The notes under the pieces are model-generated. The model was not told where the DNA came from. It did no database searches and worked only from the letters and a program-made list of their open reading frames with translations. Position numbers and translations under genes: made by a program. A stretch of 62,183 bases of DNA from Ktedonobacterales bacterium (lineage in GTDB: Bacteria > Chloroflexota > Ktedonobacteria > Ktedonobacterales > JADMIN01), in contig DATBTW010000256.1 of NCBI GenBank assembly GCA_036559055.1, positions 1 to 62,183 on the forward strand. The letters run 5' to 3'. The number at the start of each line of letters is the position of its first letter. The stretch's first letter is position 1. Of this stretch, positions 44,664 through 55,679 are shown in pieces.

Positions 44664-46793
44664 CTACAGGCGGTCGAGCGGCTGCATGCCCAGCGTGGTC
44701 AGGGCGTTGCGCAGGGTCTGCGCGGTGACGCGCACCAGCGCCGCGCGGAAATCCTTCACGTTGGGGTCAGATTCGCGCAGCACGGGCGGCGTGTGGTCGT
44801 AGAAGTCGTTGAAGCGTGTCGCCAGATCGAAGGTATAGGCGGCGACGCGGTGCGGCTCCAGCGTCTCGGCGGCTTCGGCCAGCGTGCGCGGCCAGGCGTC
44901 GATATGGCGCAGCAGATCCCACTCGCTCTGCTCCAGCGTCGCGGGCAGCGCCGCCAGTGTCGCGGGCGCGCGATACCCCGCCTCGTCCAGCCGCCGCTGG
45001 ATGCTCTGCGCGCGGGCGTGGGCGTATTGCAGGTAGACGCCGCTATCACCATTCGGGCGTAGCGCCTGATCGACATCCAGCGTGATGATCTGCTGGAGGT
45101 CGAAGCGCACCATGAAGTAGCGGATGGCCGAAGCGGCCAGCGCCGCCGCCGATGCGCGGCTCATGCCGGGCGCTCCGCCCGCCTCGCGCGGCGCCATCAG
45201 CCGCTCGATGGCCAGATTGATCAGGTCGTCGGCCTTGATCTCGATGCCTTTGCGCCCCGACATGGCATAGGATGCGCGGCCATCAGAGGTATCGATGCCC
45301 AGGCTGGCGGCAGCGGCAGGCGAGAGCGCCACTACCTCATACGCCAGGTGGCGCGAGTTCTCCGCCTGCTCCACATAGCCCAGGCGGCGCAGGCTCTCGT
45401 AAACGACCTGCTGCGGATACGACTGGCGCACGTCGATCACGTTGACGACACGCCGGGCGTGGCCAAAGCGCGCGGCGGGCGCCTGCTTCTTTGCCTCGCT
45501 GGCGGGCGCCTTCGCGCGCATCGTCCACAGTTCATCGCCATTCGCCTGCTTGTCCCACGGCAGAAAGTGGAACTCCACGCCGATACTGGGATCGTCGCTG
45601 ATGCCAAATTTCCAGAGTTGCGTGGCGATGTCTTTGCCGGTGTAGGTGGCCGTGCCGTCGCTCTTCACCAGGATCTTGTCGCTGGTGTGGTCGCTCTCCT
45701 CACTCTGGTTCTCGCTATCGCCAAAGGGCAGAATCCACGCGCCTTTGGCCGGGCCGCTCTCTGGCTTGCGCAGGATGCCCCGGTCGCGCAGCATCTCAAA
45801 GGTGTGGCGCCACAGGCCGGCGGCGACGATGGCGGATTCCCATGTCAGCAGGTTGTAGTAAATGTTCAGGCGGCTCATCGTCTTCAGGTGGGCATGGACA
45901 ATGGCGTTGGAGAGCTCGGCGGCCAGTGTGGCGTAGTCAGGCTGACCCGCCTGGTGTGCGCCGCCATGCTCGTGGCCATGCTCGTGGCCATGCTCGATGC
46001 TGTGCAGCACTGTCCGTCGCAACTCAGTCAGTTCGGGGCGCTGCTCATACGCCTTGCCCACGGCGACATAGACGCGCGAGCAATAGTAGTCGAAGCTCTC
46101 GCCGGGCAGTCGCTCGGCGCCGCCCTCCACCGCCAGCTCGCCGCGCCGCAGCAACTCCTGCCCAACGACGACATCGGCCACCTGCACGCCGGTATCGTCG
46201 ATGTAGTTCTGCACTTCAACCTGATAGCCTTGTGTGCGCAGCATACGCGCGGCGGTGTCGCCCACGCACGAGTTGCGCAGGTGGCCGACGTGCGCGGCTT
46301 TGTTGCTATTGATAGCGGTGTGCTCCACGATGACCTTGACGCCTGCTTTGGCCTGGCTCGCGCCGTAGCCATCGCCCGCCGCTGCCACGCGCGCTATGAT
46401 CGCGCGCCCGACGCTGGGCCAATCCAGCGAGATATTGAGGAAGCCGGGTTTGACGACGTTCACCTCGCGTATGATGGCGCTCTGCGCGCCGCGCAGCCGC
46501 TCGGCCAGCCCCTCAGCGATCAGCATGGGCGGACGGCCCACGCGACTCTTCGCCGCCCAGGGCATCATCGCCATGCCGTAGTCGCCGAAGCTGGCCTGCG
46601 TGGCGGGTCGCACATCGAAGGGCAACGCCTCCATCTCGACCGCCAGCCCCTCATCGCGGATGTAGCCCGCCGTCGCCACACGCAGCAGCGCGGTCAGCCG
46701 CTCGATCACATCCACCTGCTCGATCTGCTCGATCTGCTCGGCGCCGGAGTCGGCGTGCGGCTGTGCGCCGTCTGATGATTTCTTCTGGGGCAT
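44664..46793 (-). CDS. argS: Arginine--tRNA ligase (long form, 709 aa)
   Basis: It has the HIGH-type motif NKAAHVGHLRN, class I synthetase collinearity and a C-terminal anticodon-binding (DALR-type) domain. ATG at 46793. Confidence 0.85.
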   Translation of the reverse strand: MPQKKSSDGAQPHADSGAEQIEQIEQVDVIERLTALLRVATAGYIRDEGLAVEMEALPFDVRPATQASFGDYGMAMMPWAAKSRVGRPPMLIAEGLAERLRGAQSAIIREVNVVKPGFLNISLDWPSVGRAIIARVAAAGDGYGASQAKAGVKVIVEHTAINSNKAAHVGHLRNSCVGDTAARMLRTQGYQVEVQNYIDDTGVQVADVVVGQELLRRGELAVEGGAERLPGESFDYYCSRVYVAVGKAYEQRPELTELRRTVLHSIEHGHEHGHEHGGAHQAGQPDYATLAAELSNAIVHAHLKTMSRLNIYYNLLTWESAIVAAGLWRHTFEMLRDRGILRKPESGPAKGAWILPFGDSENQSEESDHTSDKILVKSDGTATYTGKDIATQLWKFGISDDPSIGVEFHFLPWDKQANGDELWTMRAKAPASEAKKQAPAARFGHARRVVNVIDVRQSYPQQVVYESLRRLGYVEQAENSRHLAYEVVALSPAAAASLGIDTSDGRASYAMSGRKGIEIKADDLINLAIERLMAPREAGGAPGMSRASAAALAASAIRYFMVRFDLQQIITLDVDQALRPNGDSGVYLQYAHARAQSIQRRLDEAGYRAPATLAALPATLEQSEWDLLRHIDAWPRTLAEAAETLEPHRVAAYTFDLATRFNDFYDHTPPVLRESDPNVKDFRAALVRVTAQTLRNALTTLGMQPLDRL

Positions 46794-47032
46794 GGCTACT
46801 TCTCCGCTTCGTCTCCCGGCGCACAATAAACGCCGACGGCAGGCGTCGGCGCATGGTCAGCGACTCAGGCGTGGCCAGCGTTGGCCGCGCTCGCCACAGT
46901 ATATCATCCAGGAACACGGGCGGGTGAACCCGCAGCCAGGGGCCTGCGGGCCGCGAAGCCCGCCTGTGGAGGCAGGCTTCGCGGCGGCCCGAATGGCCGC
47001 CGGTAGCGCGCGGCTTCAGCCGCCAGCCGGCT

Positions 47033-47389
47033 TCATGCCGCCCCTTCGCGCAGCGCCGCCTCGGCGGCCACGGGGAGCGGTGGGCCGGCGGGCTGGTCGC
47101 GCAGGGCGAAGATAGCCCACAGCGCCCCGATGGCGAACAGCGTGGCATAGCCCTCGACCAGCAGCGTGTTTCCGACGCCGCCCAGGTGGACGAACTGCGG
47201 CAGCAGCGCGGTGACGCCGTCGAGCAGGAAATGCAGTCCAATCGCCAGCCAGAGCCAGCGCAGCGAGCCGCGACGGAAGACCTGCAGGACGATCAGCGAG
47301 AGCATGACATGCGCGGTGATGGCGCAGACGCGCTCCCAGCCCGCCAGCAGCGGCAGCCAGCCCGGCTGCGCGGCGATGGCATGGCGTTG
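47033..47389 (-). pseudogene. YhfC-family intramembrane metalloprotease, C-terminal fragment only
   Basis: The frame is open only from 47389, with an in-frame TAA at 47390-47392. It encodes ...GWERVCAITAHVMLSLIVLQVF...LAIGLHFLLDG, the C-terminal ER..A...H / H..D half of the family. The N-terminal half is absent, and the upstream 47413-47811 gene is unrelated. Confidence 0.45.
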
Positions 47390-47412
47390 TTACCCTCCCG
47401 ATGTGAAGCGGA

Positions 47413-47811
47413 TTAGCGCGAGGTTCGCCACCAGGCGTTCACTGGCGCAAAACTGCCGCGCATGCGGAAGCTGTAGACCAGCGCGACCACCGCGACCAGC
47501 AGCGGCGCGGCGACGAAGAGGAGTATGCCCGTATTGGTGAGCGCGCTGAGCGGGCCGCTGAACAGCGTGATGAGCGCCAGAATGGCCAGCGCGGCGACCC
47601 AGCGCCAGTCGTTGCGCTGGCCAGCGAAGAAGGTCGCGAGCGCCGCGATGATGATGGCCAGCTTGTCGCCGATCGTGACAAGCCCGGCCCCCTGCTCCCC
47701 GCGCAACACTGCGCTGGCGGTAGCGCCATCGCCTGCGCTGATGAGCAGCGCCAGCCCTACTACCACCAGGATGAGCGTCACCACGCAAGCGCCGCGCAAC
47801 AGGAGCTTCAT
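47413..47811 (-). CDS. Small hypothetical membrane protein (4 TM)
   Basis: ATG at 47811 preceded by GAGGAGAGGG. 132 aa with four hydrophobic helices. Confidence 0.55.
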   Translation of the reverse strand: MKLLLRGACVVTLILVVVGLALLISAGDGATASAVLRGEQGAGLVTIGDKLAIIIAALATFFAGQRNDWRWVAALAILALITLFSGPLSALTNTGILLFVAAPLLVAVVALVYSFRMRGSFAPVNAWWRTSR

Positions 47812-47853
47812 GGCCCTCTCCTCTTCCAGCATATCGAATGATGTGATCGGCGA

Positions 47854-48414
47854 TCAGGCTCGTTCGGAGGCCAGCGCCTTATAGAAGATCGTGGTGGCCC
47901 GCCCGGAGCCATCGGCTTCGACGGAGTAGTCCGGGATGCTGCCGACCTCGCTGTAGCCCACCGCGCGATAGAACCGCACGGCGTCGCTATCAGTATTCGT
48001 ATCGAGCACGAGCAGTGTTCGCCCATTCTCGCGCGCCAGCGATTCCGCCGCGCGCATCAGCGCCCGCCCGATGCCCTGGCGTCGCGCCGCGCTGTGCGTC
48101 ATCAGCTTCTGCGCCTCCGCGCGATGCGGGGCGTTCTGCCGGGGCGATGGCGCGAGCTGCACGCTGCCGACCACCGCGCCCGCGCGCTCCGCCACCAGCA
48201 GCCAGCGCGCCCCCCGCGCCACCTCCGCGCGCACGTCGCGCCAGTAGTCGCGCGCGTTCGCATCGGCGAGCGGCGGCCAGAAGCCCAGCGATGCCCCGCC
48301 TGCCACGGCGTCTTGCAGCAGCCCCACGAGCTGTGGGGCGAGCGTCGCCGCGTCGTCGGCCTCCACGCGGCGGATGGTGATGGCGTCGCTGGAATCGTCG
48401 GGCAGAGCGGTCAT
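47854..48414 (-). CDS. GNAT family N-acetyltransferase
   Basis: VGSVQL....QKLMTHSAARRQGIGRALM...A...G...L.LDT....A..FY...GY is the GNAT A/B motif region. Confidence 0.85.
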   Translation of the reverse strand: MTALPDDSSDAITIRRVEADDAATLAPQLVGLLQDAVAGGASLGFWPPLADANARDYWRDVRAEVARGARWLLVAERAGAVVGSVQLAPSPRQNAPHRAEAQKLMTHSAARRQGIGRALMRAAESLARENGRTLLVLDTNTDSDAVRFYRAVGYSEVGSIPDYSVEADGSGRATTIFYKALASERA

Positions 48415-48517
48415 GGTGGGCCTGTCTCCTTGTCGTACACGCGGGACGACCTCATCCAGGTTCCCTCTACTACAAGAGAGAAGGGATCACAGGCGATGCG
48501 CACCGCGCGTGGCGCGA

Positions 48518-48557
48518 ACCTCACCCTCTGTCTCCCTCTCCCACGGGGAGAGGGAGG
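48518..48557 (-). repeat. REP-like hairpin with a GGGGTGAGG-type tail, inverted orientation
   Basis: aacctcaccctctgtctccctctcccacggggagagggagg. Confidence 0.65.
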
Positions 48558-48638
48558 ATCTGGCCGCAGACGTAGCGCGCGTGGCGAGGCGTCTGGTTGG
48601 CGCAACGCCTGCGATTCCCAAGTCTATCTTGCCAGTGG

Positions 48639-48679
48639 CTCTCCCTCCTCACGCAGGGGAGGGGGGCAGGGGTGAGGTT
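48639..48679 (+). repeat. REP-like hairpin with a GGGGTGAGG tail
   Basis: ctctccctcctcacgcaggggaggggggcaggggtgaggtt. Confidence 0.65.
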
Positions 48680-48857
48680 TCGTCGCCATCGCTGGTAGTA
48701 TAGCCCACCCGGCGCGCCATGGCTGGCGGCGATTGGGGCTTACCCGTCTGTGCTACACTGCGCGCCTGGCGCATCCGTTTCGATGGATGGATGGTATCTT
48801 TGATGAGATATAACCCTTCGGCGCCCGCCTGCGCCAACACATGAGGAGGATATCGCG

Positions 48858-49478
48858 ATGAAGCTCCGCCCTGGCCAACTGGCGCCGTATTTCAGCATGC
48901 GTGATCTCTACGGGCGGAATATCTCGCTGGAGGCGTTTCGCGGCGACATGGTGTTCGTCTCCTTCAATCGCGCTGCCGTCTGCCCGCTCTGCAATGTACG
49001 CACCTATCATCTCATCCAGCGCTATCCTATCTACCAGCAGATGGGGTTGAGCATCATCGCGTTCTTCGAGTCGTCGCCACAGAGCGCGCATGACTATCTG
49101 GATCGGCTCCAGGCGCCCTTCCCCATCATCCCTGATCTACGCCACGAGATTTACGACGCCTACGGCCTCGGCGCATCGTTTCTGGGCGGGCTGCGGGCGC
49201 TCGTCATGCGTCGCGCCGTCTATCGCGAGGCCGAGCGGCTGCGCCTGGGCGCGGGAACCCACCTGATCGAAAACCTGCGCAAGATGGATGGCAATCTCTC
49301 GCGTCTGCCGGGCGATTTCCTGATCGGCCCGGATGGCCGCATCCGTGCGGCGTATTACGGGCGCGACGCGGGCGACTTCATGCTCTTCCGCGAGCTGGAG
49401 GCGGCGGCGTTTGGCGCGCCCCTCGATGCGCAGATGGTCGCGCGGTTCACCGCCGCCCGCCAGGCGCCGCGCGCGTAG
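48858..49478 (+). CDS. AhpC/TSA (redoxin) family thioredoxin-fold protein
   Basis: LAPYFSMRDLYGRNISLEAFRGDMVFVSFNRAAVCPLCN carries a CxxC-type CPLC motif. DFLIGPDGRIR is typical of peroxiredoxin-like proteins. Confidence 0.75.
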   Translation: MKLRPGQLAPYFSMRDLYGRNISLEAFRGDMVFVSFNRAAVCPLCNVRTYHLIQRYPIYQQMGLSIIAFFESSPQSAHDYLDRLQAPFPIIPDLRHEIYDAYGLGASFLGGLRALVMRRAVYREAERLRLGAGTHLIENLRKMDGNLSRLPGDFLIGPDGRIRAAYYGRDAGDFMLFRELEAAAFGAPLDAQMVARFTAARQAPRA

Positions 49479-49669
49479 CGGTAGCGCGCCTACCCCGCTC
49501 CAGCCCATTCCCAGAGGGAGAGGGAGCCGGAGGCGCTGCGCCGCAGCGATTTCGATAGCCCTGCTCCTGCCGCAGCGGGGGAGGGGGGCGTCTCACCTCG
49601 TGATAGAATGCGCGTAGCGAGCGACCGCGAGCCGGGCAGGTCGGGCGAATGTGGAGGGAGGCGCGAGTC

Positions 49670-50743
49670 ATGGCGACGCTACAGGTATTCGTGAGCCACA
49701 CCAAAGACAATAGCGACTTCTGCCACACGGTGGTGGAGGGGCTGCGCGGGGCCGGGGCTAACGTCTGGTACGACGAACACAACATGGGGTCGGGGATGCT
49801 GCTCGACACCATCGAGCAGGAGATACGCAAGCGGCCCGTCTTCGTCGTGATCCTCTCACCCGCCGCGCTGCGCTCGCAATGGGTGCGCGACGAGTGCAAG
49901 GCGGCCTACCTGCGGCTCAAGCGCGACTCCACGCGCATCATCCAGCCCGTGCTGGCGGGCGCGCTGCCCGACGAAGACGAGATCCCGATGTACCTGCAAG
50001 ACTTCAAGCGCATCGAGGCGCCAGGCTTGCAGCCGTTCCCGGCCGCCGAGGCCACGCGCCGCCTGCTGCACACGCTGGCGCTGACCCCGGCGGGCCAGGC
50101 GCCCGCGCCCATCGCCCCGCAGCCCCGCGAGAGCGGCGACGATCTGCTGGAGCGCGGCAAAGCGCTGATCGCCCAGGATCGCTACGCCGACGCGCTGCCG
50201 CTGATCGAGCGCGCCACCCAGCTCCTCCCCGACTCCTCCTCCGCCTGGTTCAATCGCGGCTATCTGCTCAACGCGTTGAAGCGTTTTGCCGACGCGCTGC
50301 CCGCTCACGACCGCGCGCTGGCGCTCGACCCGGCCTACGCTGCCGCCTGGAACAACAAAGGGAACGCGCTCAATGATTTGGGACGGCGCGAGGAGGCGCT
50401 GGAGGCCTACGAGCGCGCGCTGGCGCTCGACCCGGCCTACGCCATCGCCTGGAACAACAAAGGGATCGCGCTCAATGGGCTGGGGCGCCATGCCGAAGCG
50501 CTGGTGGCGCTGGACAAAGCGCTGGCGCTCGATCCGAACGACGTCTTCGCCTGGCGAAATAAAGGGATTGCGCTCAACGAGCTGGGGCGCTATGCGGAGG
50601 CGCTCAGCGTCTACGAGCGCAGCCTGACGCTGGATGCGCAATCTCCGCGCGGGTGGAATGGCAAGGCGCGGGCGCTGCGTGGGCTGGGGCGCGTGGCCGA
50701 GGCCGAGGCGGCCGAGCGTCGCGCGAAGGAGCTGGGCGGCTGA
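49670..50743 (+). CDS. TIR domain - TPR repeat protein
   Basis: ATG at 49670 preceded by GGAGGGAGG. The N-terminal 130 aa or so (VFVSHTKDN...GANVWYDEHNMGSG....I.QEI.....FVVILSPAALRSQWVRDE) match the bacterial TIR_2 pattern, including the conserved Glu. The C-terminal half has 5-6 TPR units (AWxNKGxAL..LGR..EAL..Y.RALALDP). Confidence 0.75.
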   Translation: MATLQVFVSHTKDNSDFCHTVVEGLRGAGANVWYDEHNMGSGMLLDTIEQEIRKRPVFVVILSPAALRSQWVRDECKAAYLRLKRDSTRIIQPVLAGALPDEDEIPMYLQDFKRIEAPGLQPFPAAEATRRLLHTLALTPAGQAPAPIAPQPRESGDDLLERGKALIAQDRYADALPLIERATQLLPDSSSAWFNRGYLLNALKRFADALPAHDRALALDPAYAAAWNNKGNALNDLGRREEALEAYERALALDPAYAIAWNNKGIALNGLGRHAEALVALDKALALDPNDVFAWRNKGIALNELGRYAEALSVYERSLTLDAQSPRGWNGKARALRGLGRVAEAEAAERRAKELGG

Positions 50744-50764
50744 GGTCGCGCGCATAGCAAAAAG

Positions 50765-50806
50765 CCCCTCTCCCGCCGCAGCGGGGGAGGGGTTTGGGGT
50801 GGGGGC
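50765..50806 (+). repeat. REP-like hairpin with a GGGGTGGGG tail between convergent genes
   Basis: cccctctcccgccgcagcgggggaggggtttggggtgggggcc. Confidence 0.65.
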
Positions 50807-50807
50807 C

Positions 50808-53441
<2,634 letters not shown>

Positions 53442-53888
53442 GGAAGTGGGATCCTCATGAGTGCTGTGCGAGCGCTTGTCCGCAGGCGCCATCATCGGGG
53501 GCTTCACGCCCTGCTCATCTGTTCCCGCTGAGCAGGCCGCCAGCCGGAAAAGGCTGGGTGAGCGCCGGGCGGAAGCCAGACGGATGGCCGCCAGAAGACA
53601 GCGTAGACGCCCACGCCACGCGGCGCCTGCCTTGTCAGTATCGTCAGTGGCGTCGGTTGCGTTCAGCGTGCCAGGTTGGTTATCTCAGAATAACGTCCGG
53701 CGCCGCCCGCTGCGCGCGATGACGAGCCGCAAGCGGCGCGCGCATCACCCCAGAGGGAGGCGCCATGAATGACAGCGATGTGATCGATTGATCGATTGTT
53801 GAACTACTGGAAACACCCGCTCCCGCGCTGGAGGACGTGTAGCGCCTGAGCGCTCCTCGCGCGCCCGCGCCGGGAAGCGGGCGTACGC

Positions 53889-55142
53889 TCAGGCTGACTC
53901 GTTCTCCAGTTCGACATTGCGCGACTCAATGACGGCGCGCGTGACGATCTGGGCGGGTTGATGCGACGTAATGGTGTCGCCGTCAATCACGACCTTCTTC
54001 ACATCTGAACGTGACGGCGCATCGAACATCACATCGAGTAGGACATTCTCCACAATGGTACGCAGCCCACGCGCGCCCGTCTTCTGGGCCAGCGCGGCAT
54101 CGGCGGTAGCTTCGAGCGCCTCCGGCGTGAAGGTCAGCTCGATGCGATCCAGGTTCATCAGCTTCTGATATTGCTTGACGATCGCGTTCTTCGGCTCCGT
54201 CAGAATGCGGATGAGCGCCTCGCGGTCGAGATTGTCGAGCGAGCAGGCGACGGGCAGACGCCCGATGAACTCTGGGATCATGCCGAACTTCAACAGGTCA
54301 TCGGGGATCAACTGAGCCAGCGCAGTGTTGCTCAACTCAGGTGTCTCGTCCACCGCTTTGAAGCCCATCAGCTTGTGGCTGCCCAGGCGCTGCTCCACGA
54401 TCTTATCCAGCCCCTCGAAGGCGCCGCCGCAGATGAACAGGATATTCTGCGTGTTGATCTGGATGAAATCCTGGTGGGGATGCTTGCGCCCGCCCTGCGG
54501 CGGCACATTGGCGACCGTGCCTTCGATGATCTTCAGCAGCGCCTGCTGCACGCCCTCGCCAGAGACATCGCGCGTGATGGAGGGATTGTCGGCCTTGCGG
54601 GCGATCTTGTCGATCTCGTCGATGTAGACGATGCCGCGCTCGGCGCGCGCCACATCGAACTCGGCGATCTGGATCAGCCGCAGCAGGATGTTCTCGACAT
54701 CTTCGCCGACATAGCCGGCCTCGGTCAGCGCTGTGGCGTCGGCGATGCAGAAGGGCACATCGAGCACCTTGGCCAGCGTCTGCGCCAGCAGCGTCTTGCC
54801 GCTGCCAGTGGGGCCGATCAGCAGGATGTTGCTCTTGCCCAGCTCCACATCGTCGATCTGCATGCCAGAGTTGATGCGCTTGTAGTGGTTGTAGACGGCC
54901 ACGGCGAGGGTTTTCTTGGCGCGATCCTGGCCGATCACATATTGGTTGAGCTGGTCGTAGATCTTCTTGGGGGTTGGAACCTTCCCCGTCGCCACGCGCG
55001 GCTTGACGACAGCCTGTTCTTCTTCAATGATCTCGCGGCAGAGGTCAACGCACTCATCGCAGATGTAGACACCGCCTGGCCCGGCGATGAGCCGCTGCAC
55101 CAGATCCTGACTCTTGCCGCAGAAGGAGCATCGGTACGTCAT
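53889..55142 (-). CDS. clpX: ATP-dependent Clp protease ATP-binding subunit ClpX
   Basis: ATG at 55142. It has the zinc ribbon CSFCGK...CDEC, Walker A GPTGSGKT and Walker [10 protein letters not shown]. The upstream 142 codons of the ORF-track call are non-coding leader. Confidence 0.95.
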   Translation of the reverse strand: MTYRCSFCGKSQDLVQRLIAGPGGVYICDECVDLCREIIEEEQAVVKPRVATGKVPTPKKIYDQLNQYVIGQDRAKKTLAVAVYNHYKRINSGMQIDDVELGKSNILLIGPTGSGKTLLAQTLAKVLDVPFCIADATALTEAGYVGEDVENILLRLIQIAEFDVARAERGIVYIDEIDKIARKADNPSITRDVSGEGVQQALLKIIEGTVANVPPQGGRKHPHQDFIQINTQNILFICGGAFEGLDKIVEQRLGSHKLMGFKAVDETPELSNTALAQLIPDDLLKFGMIPEFIGRLPVACSLDNLDREALIRILTEPKNAIVKQYQKLMNLDRIELTFTPEALEATADAALAQKTGARGLRTIVENVLLDVMFDAPSRSDVKKVVIDGDTITSHQPAQIVTRAVIESRNVELENESA

Positions 55143-55679
55143 GCGCGTCCCCTTCGTATTCGCCACGTTGCTACCATCCCCTCGCTGTCGTCGGCCTCTC
55201 TCCGACGTCCGCTGACGACGTCCGCTGACGTTGATCGCCGTGTTTTGCCGTGGTAGGCTCCGATACAGCTCGTTGCCCCACGTTTGGCGCCGCAGTTGAC
55301 GGGATGGCCACGGTGGCCTGGATGTCACACTGACGACGATGATTGGGCGCGTCTTGGCGCGCGCGCTGATTCTGGCTGTTCTTGAATAGCCGCCACGCGA
55401 CAACCACTCTGCGAGCAGGGCGGATGCGCTGATGGCATAGTCATAGTATATACGTCGAATGCGCCGGGCAGGAACAAGATTGCTCCAAGTCCCGACGCTT
55501 TCGCACACTTTCGCACACAAGGCCGACGCGCCGCCAGCGCGCAAGCCGTTCAGATTGATCCGCCGCATGATGGGCGGGCGCCGTGATCACACGGGCGGAT
55601 AAATCCGCACCTACGTGGCCCTACGGCCACGAAGCCCGTCTGCGCGGGCTGCCGGACTCGCGCCCGTGTGTCTTGGACG

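Noticed and set aside
53889-55568. The long N-terminal extensions in ORF-track calls. Examples are ClpX at 559 aa, 33845..35875 at 676 aa, 7553..8518, 19340..21412, 21731..23848, 38190..39704, 13271..14545 and 14551..15993.
   Set aside because: The upstream portions are Arg-rich with no homology-like features. Internal ATGs preceded by Shine-Dalgarno sequences coincide with the canonical N-termini, so I trimmed the starts.
55143-55679. A degraded clpP between tig and clpX.
   Set aside because: None of the six frames shows ClpP-like sequence, and no Ser-His-Asp motif contexts are present. The ORFs here (55171..55407 and 55325..55516) look random.
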